Shown in pieces: positions 46,424 to 59,870 of a stretch of 64,000 nucleotides of DNA (the stretch's first letter is position 1; each line of letters starts with the position of its first letter). The notes under the pieces are model-generated. The model was not told the origin of the DNA, did no database searches, and saw nothing but the letters and a program-made list of their open reading frames with translations. Source of the stretch: Callorhinchus milii. Taxonomy: Eukaryota. The position numbers and the translations under genes were made by a program. Location: the NCBI RefSeq assembly GCF_018977255.1, contig NW_024704743.1:115198001-115262000 (forward strand). Direction: 5' to 3'.

Positions 46424-49189
46424 TGATGCTATTTCCTTCAACTACACTCGGGAATGGAATTCCAGAGGGTGGGACCAAGAGACTCACACTCCAACTCCTC
46501 ACCACGTAGGGCACCAAATGCGATGGTTCTCACCCATGTGGGTACCCTGCGAATGTCGGTAACACAATGTGTACTGGGTGACCTAACTCCTGGGGTGCTA
46601 ATTCATGCTCTTAAGGAATTTGACTATCGGAGCCACACAACAACATGTATATTGCCCATAATTGGTTTACTGGCCCTCCAATTGGGATGCTTTCCCCAGT
46701 GCCTTAACACACTCAGACCACTAAGTACGACATCTACCTGTTTTAGTGTGTTTTCTCTACCTCCATCCCCAAGGTTATAGCAGATACTTGAAGGTAATAC
46801 TGAGCAGGTACAACTGATGTTTTAGTAAGTAAAGACAGGTGTATGTCTTTCTATCTGACTTTTAGGCCAAAGTGAATCAGATAAACACAACAATGAAACT
46901 AGATAGAACACGATTCAACAACAGACTGTAATAACAGACTGTGATGGCAGCAAATAATAATGTTAGTGAAAATAATAATAAAAAAAATCTTGACTTAGAA
47001 TTAGTCCCCCTCAAGTCAAGCACTCCAAGATCTTACCCTACGTGAAGCATGCTATAGAAAGGTTGTTGTATGGATGTTAAAGAGTTAAGTAACTAATTAG
47101 CTTGTTCTTAGCATTTGTTTTATGTTGGAAAACACATTGTTATAAACCAATATTAAATAAATTGAAATCCTGCCTTATCTATGGAACATTGTGTTCTGTA
47201 CTCCAGTGCAAATGTCATCTTTGAATGCAGCCTTGATTAATGAAGATTATAATAGATTGAAATCTTGGGTGGGGGGTGTGTGGGGCTGGGGAGGATGGAG
47301 ATTTTGTTATGTTAGCTTAGGAGGTTACAGGGGTTACAGACCTTTACCTTTTTGATTTTTTAAAAGTGCTTTGAGATGTCATCCTGACATGAAAGATGCT
47401 ATTGTAATATTGTAATCACCTCCCTCAAGAGGGTTGCATCAAGTCATTCAAAGGGCAGTTCATATACAATAATAATCCTTGGATTGGCAATGCTCTCACA
47501 CATTTCATGCTGAGCTGTGCTGCTCACCAGGACGCGAGCAGGGATTTTGTGGTAACTGCCATCCACCTCATAGGGGCTCAAACCTGCGATTGTCAGATGT
47601 CAAATGACCAAGGTGTGACTCTCCTCCAGGGAAGGGAAGAGGTACGTGAGGTCTCCATAGGTCATACACTTGGTAATGGAATGTTGAAATGGAGTCAGCT
47701 CTCGGTGGTCCATTTCCTGAGCCAGGCAAGTCCACAATAATACTCCAGGGCACTGCTGATGGCAGATCAGCCAAACTGGCTCATCAGCAGGACTTAGAGG
47801 GGCAGACTGGTCACTGGACGCACTCAGTTCCTATTAACTCTACAGGCCAAAGCTCTAAGTGGAGAGTAGTCTTTGCTGGACAAGCAACAGTTAGCTTTTT
47901 CTGCTCCAAGTTTGGACAGATATCAAACTACGTGTGGTGATTTAGTCAATACATTGGCAGCTGGGAGTTGGGTGGTGGGAGAGACAGGATCCCAAAAATA
48001 CAGACACATTTAATGAAATTAGGGTAAAAAATTTGAAGAGGAAGAATGTAAAAGGGCATGCGAAAAGAGCAGAGAAGAAGCAAAGAATCTGATGAAAAAA
48101 GAGTACTTGGAAAAGAGCAGGGAATTGGAGAATAGAGCTGTTTCGCCCACAAATATGCAGTCAATTCACTTTACAGCATATTCTGTGAAGCGCTTTGAGA
48201 CGTCTAGAAGACATGCAAGGATTATTATTATTATTATTGGAATCCGTGGATGAGATAGTAACTGAGACAGCAGCTTGGGTTTAATGGGGTGAATGACTTC
48301 CTTCTGGGCTGTAATTTCTATGACAAACTGTGTGTCATTGTGAGCCTGTTATGGTTGCTGTGTTTTCCTACAAAATCCATTGTTCAGTGGGAGACGCTAT
48401 CCCACATGAAGGGGCACTATGCAAAAGTTGTTGTTATTGGTGGCAGTGGTGACATTATATGAATGATCTGAGGTCTGGAATCAAATCACAGAACTTTATG
48501 GAGATCCTACGCTGTGTGATGGAGATGGGGGGAAAGTGGAACGGGTATCTTAGAGTCAGGGTGGGAAAGAACTCACCATAGATATGGTAGATGGCACTTT
48601 AAGTTGCTAAAGTATAAAGATTTCTGGCATCCGTCCAGTATTTCCATAAAAAGCACTTACTTCGAAAACATTTTTTTTGACGACAGATCATCAATCTTTA
48701 AGCCCCCTTGAGAATTCATAGCAGTGATGGGAGGAAGATATAGAAGGACAGGAATTTCAAGCTGGCATTATTATCCATAGATTCCTTTTCTTATATATAA
48801 AAACACTGGAATAAATTTAGAATAATGATCTTTGCATTTGATACAGCATCTTTCACGTCATGGAAACAACTCAAAAAGCTTCACATGATTTACTGGAAAG
48901 TGGAAGTGTGGTTTAGTAAACAAAAGCAACAGCCAATATGCCCACAGTAATGTACCACAAAAGCAATGAATTGAATGACCAATTTTATCTGGGCAATTGT
49001 TCTCAAGGCAGGAGTATCCAATCTTATCCATGGACACTGTGGACAAATTCCCTTATCTTTTCGAGACGTGCTATGGGATCTTCAACATCCACTTGAACAG
49101 ATGGACGGGATCTCAGTTTAATGTCTCAACCAAAGGATGGCACCTCTCACATTGACTGCCTTGTTTGTCTACAGATGAACAGTTACTAC

Positions 49190-51767
49190 AACAACAAACA
49201 CGACAAAATTACATTTATAGAGCGCCTTTCACGTCAGGAGGATGTCCCAAAGCGCTGAACAGTCAGATGTTGGGGCCAGAGCATGGTGGAGGGGTGGTGT
49301 AGGCGTGAGGGAAGGCAGAGAGATGGGAGAGTGACCAAAGGCATGGTCGAAGAGAAGGGTCTTGAGACTGGCCTTGAAGGAGGCAAGGGAGGAAGCGAGG
49401 TGAAGAGACCATGGGATGGAGTTCCAGAGTGTGGGGACAGAGAGGCTGAAAGCCTGGCCACCGATGGTAGTGAGGGTCGGGCGGGAGACATGGAGCAGAC
49501 CGGAGCCTGATGAACGGAGGGAGATGGCAGGTTGGTAGGGAGTCAGCAGGTCAGAGAGGTAGGAGGGGGCAAGGCCATGGATGGCCTTAAAGGTTAGGAT
49601 GAGGATCTTGAATTCGATCCTCTGGGGGTGGGGAGCCAGTGGAGTCAGGCCAGGGTGGGAGTGATGGGGTCACGGAGCCTGGTGCGTGAGAGTACATGAG
49701 CTGCAGAGTTTTGGATGATCTGCAGCTTGTGAAGGGAAGAGTTGGAGAGGCCGATGAGGAGGGAGTTCCCGTAATCGAGCCTTGATGGAGGTTACTGTGT
49801 TGAAGACAGAAGGGGGTTGACAGGTTCAAAAGTGTGGAAGGAGGAATGGGTAATTGTTGGATAGGTAATTGTGTGGGGTGGGGGGTTGGGAGGGGTTGGA
49901 TGTTGGGAGGGCAGTGGTAGCTGAGCGGATTTCCTAGATTTTGGACTCAAGGAAGTCCAGTATTTTCTCGCAGTGAGAGTCGGAGGAATGTATCTGTGAG
50001 GCATGTCGGGGAGGGCGGAGGAGCCGGTTAGTGGTGGAGAACAGGAGCCTGGGATTGCCTTTCGCCTCCAGGATTAACCTGGAGTAGAAGGATGATTTGG
50101 CTGAGGCGAGAGCGGAGCGGTAGTTCTTGATGAGGTCCAGTCAGATGTAGTGGTGGACCATTAGGCCGGATTTGAGCCAAGTGTGTTCAGCAGCTCACAC
50201 CTGGCCCTTAAGCAAGCGGCTGTGGCTGGAGAACCAGGATGAGGAACGGGAATCGGAGGCAGTTCAGGAGGTGAGGGGGGCAAGGACATTGAGTGTGGTG
50301 GAGAGGGTGCTGTGTAGAAGAGTGAGTGCAGTGTGAGTGGATTGTTGTGAGAGGTGGGCAAGAGGGGGAGGAGATCAGAGGACTCCAGGGCAGCAGAGAG
50401 GGATTGCGGGGAGATCTTCTTCCACTGGCGGTAGAAGATGGTGGTAGGTTTGGAGGCAGCGGGGAGATGAAATGGTGGTCAGAGATGCCCTTGTCAGTGA
50501 TGGCGACAGCCGAGATGCTGAGGCCCCAGGTGATCACCAGGTCAAGCGGGTGACCGTGGGTGTGGGTAGCAGAGTGGACGTGGAGGGAGAGGTTGAGCGA
50601 GGAGAGGAGAGAGGAGAAGAAGTCTGAGGATATGGAGCAGGAGGGGGTGAAGTGCAGGTTGAAGTCGCCTAGGATGATGAGGCTGTGGGAGCAGAGGCAG
50701 AGGGAAGCAAAGAGAGTGGAGATGTCAGAGATGAAGGTGGGAGAGGATTTTGGGGGGCGGTAGAGTAAGAGAATTTTCAGAGAGAGGTGGGAGGGATGGC
50801 AGAGGGTAAGGTGTTCGAAGGAGGGGAACGAGCTGGTGGAGTAGGGGAATAGGGCAAGTGATGCCCTGGATATGAGGGTCACGCCACCGCCACGACTGTT
50901 AGGGCATGGGGTATGGTGGTAGGTGTAGCCGGGTGGTGTGGCCTCAGCGAGGGGGAAGGTATCACCTGGGGTGATCCAGGTTTCTGTTAGTGCCATGATG
51001 ACAATGTTCTCATCGAGGATGAGTTCATTGATGGCCAGGGTCTTGTTGGAGATGGAGCGGACATTTTCAAGTCCAATGCAGAGTAGACAGTTGGCAGGGG
51101 GATATGTGGGATGGGAGGGGGTAGTGGAATGGTTGAGAGAGTGGGTGGGGATGCAGATGAGGAAGGAGAGGTTAGCCCCCATCGTCAGGGTCCAAGGTGG
51201 CTTTCGGCGGTAGTGGGGAATGGGACAGTCGGTGTGGCTGCTGCTGGACAGCCAGTGCCGAGTGCCGCAATGAGCCCGGTGGAGGATTCCCAGGCTGGAG
51301 CAGAGGGAGGCAGTGGGGGGGGGTCAAGCAGAGATAGGAGGCGGGGAGGGTGGAGAGAGAGCAGGACAGAGAGGGAAAGTTGCAGGACGGGGGGCATTTT
51401 GATGGAGGGCCAGCTCGGATCGGGGGCGGCAGCCAAGATGCGCACGCTGGGAGAAGAGGTGGCGGGTTTAGCAGGACATTATCAGCCTGCAGGAGGCTGG
51501 GGCGGCTGGAGGTGACGCAAAGGGGGGAGGGCGCTCATTGTGGTTAGCAGTGAGCAGCCCGCAGGGGAAGGACAGGGCAGACGGACAGACAGACAAACAG
51601 ACAGAGAGAGGGAGGGAGGCTGACCTGTACCATACTGTGCAGTAGCTGGTACCAGGGATTCAAGCCTGGTGGGCGGAAGTGACGTCTCGCGGAACGGTGG
51701 GCAAAACTGAAGGTCTAAAATGGCGGCTACCCCTGACCGGTAATGGCCGCCGCTCGATCCCCACTTG
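49190..51767 (-). mobile_element. apparently 5'-complete L2 LINE with APE endonuclease but RT deleted
   Basis: ORF 50208..51182: NVRSI, ALTETWI, GGGV, ILGDFNLH, LDLVI, ISDH; junction at ~49786-49798 skips the segment equivalent to ~16817-17892; L2 tail at 49190; 5' boundary uncertain. Confidence 0.85.
51673..51751. promoter_or_regulatory. CpG-rich ETS-CRE and YY1 motif cluster
   Basis: GCGGAAGTGACGTC (51673-51686), AAAATGGCGGC (51717-51727), AATGGCCGCC (51742-51751). Confidence 0.5.
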
Positions 51768-54675
51768 ACAGCAACTACCTGTCTTGAGAAAGTTCAATCT
51801 GATAAATATACAAGTTATTTTACATTGTTTACGTTGTGAGCATTTTATTAAGTGATTGCCTGCAGATTGGGAGGGCAGAGGGGATTCTAGGCCCGAAATG
51901 GCATCTAGCCTAGGTCTGCTAAAACCATTTTATCTTAATAATAATAATAATCCTTACGTTTATATAGAGCCTTTCAAATTGGGAGAATATCTCAGAGCCC
52001 TTCACAGGATATATTGTAAAATGTCAGAATTCTAGAAAATACTTCAATTTAATCTTGATTTGGAAACCGCTTTCTTTTTAAGGTCTGCGGAAAAACGACC
52101 TACAAACTGTGATTGAATCTAAGAGTTTTCATCAATTTTTAAAGTTGAGGAAAAAATGCCAAAATGATGAGGGCCTTATGTTCTGAGCAATTTCATTCCT
52201 TCTCCATTGATCAGTTATAAGGAATGTTATAAGGGCACTTTGTACTAACAACGATACCTACAGATACACAGTCATGAGACTTTACAGTATATCCTGTGAA
52301 GGGCTTTGAGACATTCTGGTGCGAAAGGCACTATATCAAATGCAAGGATAATTATTTTTATTATAAATAATAATAGTAATGAAGATCTTCAGATGTTCCC
52401 CTCACAAATAACAATGCCGTTACAGTCTCAACATCTGTCTACTTTAGACAATCATTGTTTTTTAAAAAAAAAGTTTTCATAAACCACATAATTTCCTGGA
52501 GAACTGCACTGTCACAGGCCAGACATACAGGCTCCATCCCCTTCAAATAAAGCTATTTTACTCCCAGAGCTGTTTGGATGACTGTGTTATCGATGTACAG
52601 TTACTCGGCTGCTCTGCTTAATCTCAATTGTTCACTGACACCTCGCTCTTCCAACGCAGCTCAGAATTTCTTTTCTTTCTCTCCATTCCCATCATCTTCT
52701 TGATGGGTTTGTAGATAATTCGATTGTCGAGCCGGCTTAGACAATAGCACTCTCACCTCTGAATCAGAAGATTGTGAATTCAAGCCCCACTTTGAGCCGT
52801 GTAGCTCTCAGTCAAAGCAGGCACTCCAGCCCAATGCTCGATTGGGTTGGGGAGCGCTGCATTATCAGAAGTGTTGTTCTTCAGATAAGAGGTTAAACCG
52901 AGGTCCCACCTGCCTCTTCAGATGGATGTTACAGATCAAATGGCTGTTTATGGGACATTGCTCTGTGCAAATTAACAATTCCATTTGCCTACAATACACA
53001 AACACTAAACCATACCGGAAAAACTCTGTGAAGTGCTTTGAGATGTTTAGATGTGATAAGCCGCTTTATCAAATTGCAAGGATTATTATTATTAGGGTTT
53101 AGACATATCCTCTTGTGCGGATCAACAGTGAGTGTCATTGGCATGACTTCAGCATTCAGTGTTGATTTACGTCCTTTTCCTGATTAGCTAATCATAATAT
53201 TAAAACTAACCTTTCAGTTTGATTTAGCACCTGTAACATTAAAACATCTCAAAGCACTTTGCAGATAATTACTGTCAAGTGTAAGGGATTTACATCTGTT
53301 CGCAAAGGCAGCAACCATTTTGCGAACAACAATGTCCCGCAAACATCCATAAGATGAAGAGCCACTTGATTTGGAAGATTTAAGCACTTTGGGATGTCCT
53401 CCCAACATGTGGGGGACATAAATGTAAATTCGTATTGCATTGTTGGCCAGTTCCTGGGAGGAACTCCCTTCTCTTTCTCCAGCAGAACAAATTCAAAATC
53501 CTCTTCTTCCAAGTTCAAATCCCTCCATTGGCCTCGGCCCAGCCTAACAGTGACTTCCTGCCAGTGACTTACTACTTACAGCATCATCCTGCTTCAGATG
53601 CTCCACCTGATCCTCCCCACCAGCAGTGGGCAAGGTTTCAGCCTCACTGTCTAAAAATCCACTCCATCTCCCCCCTCCCTCCCTACCTTCAAAACCCATG
53701 TTAACATCTACCTTTTCGACTGTGCTTTCAGCCACTTTTCCCTCACCCGCCTCGGGCACCCAGTCAGTTGTGTGAAGCCCTTTGAAACGTCCTCCCAACC
53801 TGAAAGATGAGATATAAATTGTTGTTTTTTGAACTATTGTTGTCATGGATTCTAACATCTACAAGAAGGCACGATCTTAGTTTAACATCACGTCATAAAG
53901 GCATCACCTCTGACAGTGAGGCGTTCTCCGATAGTAAGCGCTTAAGTGCTCTGAGACGCTACCCCCCACGAAGGATGCTATATTAATGCAAGTTGTTGTA
54001 CAAAGTCAGCCTGCAATATGAACACGGGCCTTGATCTTCTGACTGGGAGGCGAGAGGGCTACCAACTAAGATCAGCATAACCCATACAATTCATGATACA
54101 GGAATGTCTGATGTAACAACAACGTACGTCATATGGTGGCATTCCATTCAGTACTTAACATTAATGCATCATTCTTAAAGTTATTATTTTTAACAAACAA
54201 TCTTGAAAGGAAAGACTGAGTAACAATTTCTAAAATTAAAACAAAACAGTTCGTAATGGAAAAGCAGTGCTGTGAGTCTGTTACTTGTTTAGTTCCCAGT
54301 TTCATTTGGGAGATTGCAAGACTCTGGAGTGTGATTTGAGTGCTATTTGGAGAGTGCAAAGTAGCGATAAGGTACCGGTGCAAAAAAATGCACAGAAAAG
54401 AATTTTTTAAAAACAAGATAAGGATTCAAAGAGATTGTGATAATAATACTAATAATCCTTGCATTTGATATATAGTGTCTTCTGCATCAGGAGGATGTCT
54501 CAAAGTTTTTTAAAGGAATTACTGTGCATTTTGAAGGCAAACATAGCAGCCAATTTGCACACACCTCCATCCCACAAACAGCCATGAAGTGTGGAACTAG
54601 TTTTAGTCTGGGGTAATGTTGTCTCGGACCCTGGAAGAAACCTTTCACTTTTCAAATAACACCACAGGATCTTTA

Positions 54676-56090
54676 ACAACAACAACAAATTACATTTGTA
54701 TAGAGCCTCTCACGTCGGGAGGATGTCCCAAGGAGCTGGATAATAATAATAATAACAATAATATTGGGACATCCTCCCGACATGTGGGGGACATAAATGT
54801 AAATTTGTATTGCATTGTTGGCCAGTTCCTGGGAGGAACTCCCTTCTCCAGCTAGTCAGGGATCCGCACCCGAACTGGTGGTTGGGATCAGGAGGGGTGG
54901 AGGGCAGGGAAGGTAGAGGTAGGAGGGTGACCGAAGGCACGGTCGAAGAAGAGGGTCTTGCGATGGGTGTTGAAGGAGGCAAGGGAGGGAATGAGGTGGA
55001 GGGACTGTGGGATGGAGTTCCATAGGATGGGGCCAGAGATGCTGAAGGCACGCTAATGGTGGGGAGATCAAGGTGGGGGATATGAAGCAGGTCAGAGACT
55101 GCTGAGTGAAGGGAATGGGCAGTTTGGTAGGGTTTAGGAAGTCTCAGAGGTAAGGAGGAGCAACGCCATGGAGAGCTTTGAAAGTGAGGACCAGGATCCT
55201 GAACTGTACAACATCTGACGTCACATCAGAAGGATCCATGCCTGAGTTGGTGGTTGGGATCAGGAAGAGTGTAGAATGGGGAGGGTAGGAGTAAGAGGGT
55301 GACCGAAGGCACAGTCAAAGAAGAGGGTCTTGAGGCGAATCTTGAAGGAGGCAAGAGAGGGGGCAAGACCATGGGACTGTGAGATGGCGTTCCAGAGGGT
55401 GGGGGCAGAGAGGTTGAAGGCCTGCCCACCAATGGTGGGGCAGGCAAAGCGGGGACGTGAAGCAGGCTGGAGCTCGCTGAGCTGACAGTAGGGGATAGGG
55501 GATTAGGCCGTCACAGAGGTAGGTAGGTAGGAGCAAGGCCATGGAGGGCTTTGATGATGAGGACCAAGATCTTGAACTGTATCCTCTGAATGATGGGAAG
55601 CCAGTGGAGCCAGACAAGGATGGAGTGAGGGTTACGGAGCTTGGTGCGGGAGAGGACATGGGCTGCAGAGTTCTGGATGATCTGCAGTCTGTGGAAGAAG
55701 GAGTTGGTGAGGCCGACAAGCAGGGTGTTTACGTAGTTGAGCCTGGATGTGATAAATGCGTGGATGAGGTCTCGGTGGCCTGTGGTGAGAGACAGTGGCA
55801 GAGCCGAGTGATGTTGCGGAGATGGGGAAAGGCAAAGCGGATCATGGCATGGACGTGGAGGTTGAAGGACAGTTGAGGGTCGAACAGGATGCTGAGATTC
55901 TGTATTGGCATCCTGTATGTAGAGTGCATCCATGAAGAGTGTGCTGTCAGTGCCCGAGGTATGGAAGTGCTGATGGGAGCAGAAGGGCCTTGATCTTGTT
56001 GACATTCAACTGGAGAAAGTCAGCTCTCATGCAGGACTTCATGTCCCACAGTCAGTCTGTGAGGACAGCAGAGGTCCTGGAGTTAAGGTC
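54676..56090 (-). mobile_element. two tandem degraded L2 3' fragments
   Basis: HAFITSRLNYVNTLL...IQNSAAHVL...RIQFKILVLIIKALHGLAPTYL; two 3'UTR/tail regions. Confidence 0.85.
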
Positions 56091-57289
56091 CACCTGAAGA
56101 GTCTGAGGGGAACTCAGTTTAACGTTCCATCCATAAGTCCAACAATTCAATGCTGCTCACTATGTGAGTTCAAAGTCCAGAGGTTCCAAAGAAAACACAA
56201 CCTTTTGACTCAGAGGCAGTGTTCCTGATGAGCCAGGCTGACACTCCAAGATTGGGGAACTCAACAGAGTTTGATAGATTCCTTTGCGTTGAGAGCAGGT
56301 CCCTGTTTATTTAAAATTGGAAACTAAAAACAGCGCATCGCAAAAACTAACTTTTCTAATGGATTCTAATTGCTCTCGCACTTAAATATTTACTAGCCAT
56401 CTAAACAGAGAACTAGTGACATCCACTACCTTCTGGTATGTGTGGTGTGCATGTGAGTGTGATTGTGGTGTGTGGCATGCGTGACAAAATAAAAACTTTC
56501 ATTCACTTCATGGTTGTTTGTGGGACATCAATATGTGCAAATTAGCTGCTGCATTGGCCTACAAAACATAGACACCACCTTTTACAGTATATCCAGTGAA
56601 GGGCTTTGAGAAGTCCTGCTGACGTGAAAGGCACTGTACCAAATGTAAGGATCATTATTGATATAAGTTGGCTGTCAGATCCCCCTACAAACACATCACA
56701 AAAATTCCCTTCAAAGTGCTTTGAGACTTTTAGTTCCTTGCACTGTATCAAATGAAAGGATTATGATTATTAGTCACATTTACTATTATTATTATTATGG
56801 AGTCTGCTCCAGATAGGTTTAACACAGTATTTGGATGGTTTTGATTTGTGAGCCCAGTTTGAAAAAGTAAATAGATGCATACAGAAATGTACAAGTATGT
56901 GAATAAACAATGTTAAACATTTCTGTAGATCGCCCAGGATATGGAACCCGTTGTCTGTACTGTGTTCCGTTTCTCAAGCCTTGACGCAGACACAGTGTTC
57001 CCCCTAAGAAACACTTACGAGAGAGTCACGCACTCCTTACTGCAACCAGTTTTGCGAACAACAACAAGTTGTATTTGTATAGAGCCTTTCATTGCGGGAG
57101 AACGTTCCAAGGCAACTGCTGATTGTTTCATTTCAAGATCAGCCTTGTTGTGCAAAAAAAATTACAGGTTTAAAAAAAATTGCCCCAAAAATAAGCTCCT
57201 GCGCAGATTCCTCCTGAGGTGCTTTCAGCCACTTTGCTCCCCTGAATTCACTGCAACTCCGCCTAAACCCCTCTACCTCACTCACCCAC

Positions 57290-57960
57290 CTGTAATAATC
57301 CCTCCAAAAAAAATAAATAAATAAATTGGTCATTTTCAATCTACGACTGTTTGTGGGACACTGCTGTGTGCAATTGGCTGCCGCATTCACCCACAAATAT
57401 ACAGACAATTCACTTTACAGTCTATGCTGTGAAGCGCTTTGGGAAGTCTAGAAGATGTGAAAAGTGCTATATCAAATGCAAGGATTATTATTATTATTAT
57501 TATTATTATTCCCTTTCTGCTTTAAAAACCCACCTAAAATTCTACCTCTTTGATTTCCTCCACCTCCGACTATCACCTCTATGCTCTGCCTCTGTAAAGC
57601 ACTTTTAAACTTACTCCTATGGGAAAGGTACAGTATAAGTGGAACACAGTTGAGGAGTCCTGTAACCCAGTGGTTAGAGTATTCACCTCGCAAGCGAGAG
57701 GACCTTGGTTCTATTCCTGGGCAAGGTGAAACCTTAGGCAAGTTTCCTTACTCCACACCTCTGTTTACTCTGTTTAGCAGTAAATAGGAAACCCGGTTAG
57801 TTGATTGGCAGATCGCTTTCCGGGGCTAATAATCCCTCCCCCAAAAATGTCGTCACTCAATCCACGACTGTTTGTGGGACACTACTATGCACAATTGGCT
57901 GCCACGTTTCACCCACAAATACACAGTGAATCCACTTTACAATATATTTTATGAAGCGCT
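57290..57960 (+). mobile_element. two tRNA-derived SINE copies (57290-57510 headless; 57654-57960 with head)
   Basis: SINE body/tail; ggagtcctgtaacccagtggttagagt head. Confidence 0.8.
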
Positions 57961-59259
57961 ATTGCATCTCAGGTATACAGTGGAGCTGACGTTTCTCTGC
58001 TCCTTTCAAGTTTGGTGAAAATGAAGATTTGCTGAAACAGGGGCAAAATGTGCCCAGATCACTCTGATGGATGAATTGTCCATTCAAATCGCTGAGAAGG
58101 TTAACATAAACAAAGTTCTGGTCAATGTGATAAATACTGGAAGTCCATGCATCCTAGCCTGCTGTACTCGAGGTTTGCCACGGGGACAAGTTTGCTGCCT
58201 TGAACCTCTGGTATATGTTAATGCCGTTTAATTTACAGAGCTGGAAACTCAATGCCATGGACTCAAGAGCTTTGAGGGTTTCACCACTGAGATGGATGTT
58301 AAACCAAGACCCTGTTTACCCGTTCATGGGGATGTTAATGATCCTGTAGCACTATTCGCAAAGAGAAGAGAGTTTCTCCCTGTGTCCAGGTCAACAATAC
58401 CCCCAAATAAAATTGGTCATTCACTTCAAGGCTGTTTGTGGGACATTGCTATGTGAAAATTGTCTGTTGTGTTTGCCAACCAAATGCATAGTCACTAGAC
58501 GTAATATTAATCAATGTGAAGCTCTTTGAAATGTTATAACACAATAAACAATATATCAAATTGAAGTATTATTAGTATTAACTCTGGTTTGCTTTTGAAA
58601 TCTCATGACAATAGAGACGCCTTATCAAATGCAAAGTTTATTATTATTTACATTTTCTCGGCTTTCTCTGCCCTGTTTTTATACTTATGTCATGGTTGGC
58701 TGTGTGAAGTGGAAATAAATTCCCATTTCTTACTAAGAGCATTAAGCCATGGCTGACATGGGATGTAATTTTGTTAGCATTGTTTGGTCGAAAATCCTGT
58801 TAAAAAACATATTTCACTCTCCAGCCATCTGTGTATGAAAAGAGGAACATTAATCCCCTTTGTAAACACAAGTCAAACAAAAAACTGACCACGGCAGTAA
58901 ATGCCTCTTCAGTTCAGCACAACTTTATTTATTGAAGTGAGTGACACCGGAAATCCCAGTTAAGACTGAAGCTTCTTACCGAAATGTGGTTAGCAAAGAC
59001 AAACTGCACTGGGGACAAGGTATGCAGCAGTCATTCATTGATACTGAGTTCTCTGGTTCTCTGTTGTGGTTATAATAACAATCCTTCAGTTTGATATAGC
59101 TCCCATAACTATTATGAATCAGCCTGGCTCATTTGGTAGCACTCTCACCTAAGAATCATTAATTTGTCGGTTCAAGCCCCACGCTGAAAATTTCAACTCA
59201 CGTCGTCAAGGCTGACATTGCAATGTGGTGCTGGGTTGTGCTACTTCAGATAAGAGGTT

Positions 59260-59870
59260 AACAACAACAAGAAGATGACATTTGTATAGCGCCTTTCACG
59301 TCGGGAGGACATCCCAAGCTGCTGGACAGTGTACAGCATATCAGACCCGAGCTGGGGTCAGGGGGGAGAAGGGAGGGGATGGGGGTGGCCGATGGTATGG
59401 TTGAAGAGGAGGGTCTTGAGGCGGGACTTAAAGGAGGTTAAGGAGGGGGCGAGGCGGAGTGATTGAGGGATGAAATTCCAGAGATTGGGGGCAGAGTGGC
59501 TGAATGGTGGGGCGGGTGGGCTTGGGGACTTGGAGCCGGCCGGAGCTGGCTGAGTGGAGGTTGGAGGGGGTTAGGAGGATGCAGAGGTAGGGTGGCCCGA
59601 GGCCATGGAGGGCTTTGTAGGTGAGGACCAGGATCTTGAACTGGATCCTCTGGAGGATAGGGAGCCAATGGGGTCGGGCAAGAATGGGGGTGATGGGGTC
59701 ACAGAGTTTGGTGCGGGAGAGGACACGGGCTGCAGAGTTCTGGATTATCTGCAGCCTGTGGAGGGAGGAGTTGGGAAGGCCGACAAGCAGGGCGTTTGCA
59801 TGGTCGAGCCTGGAGGTGATGAAGGCATGAACAAGAGTTTCAGCGGCCTGAGGGCTGAGGTAGTCAGAGT
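59260..59870 (-). mobile_element. L2 3' fragment
   Basis: caacaac tail, L2 ORF2 C-terminal remnants. Confidence 0.85.
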
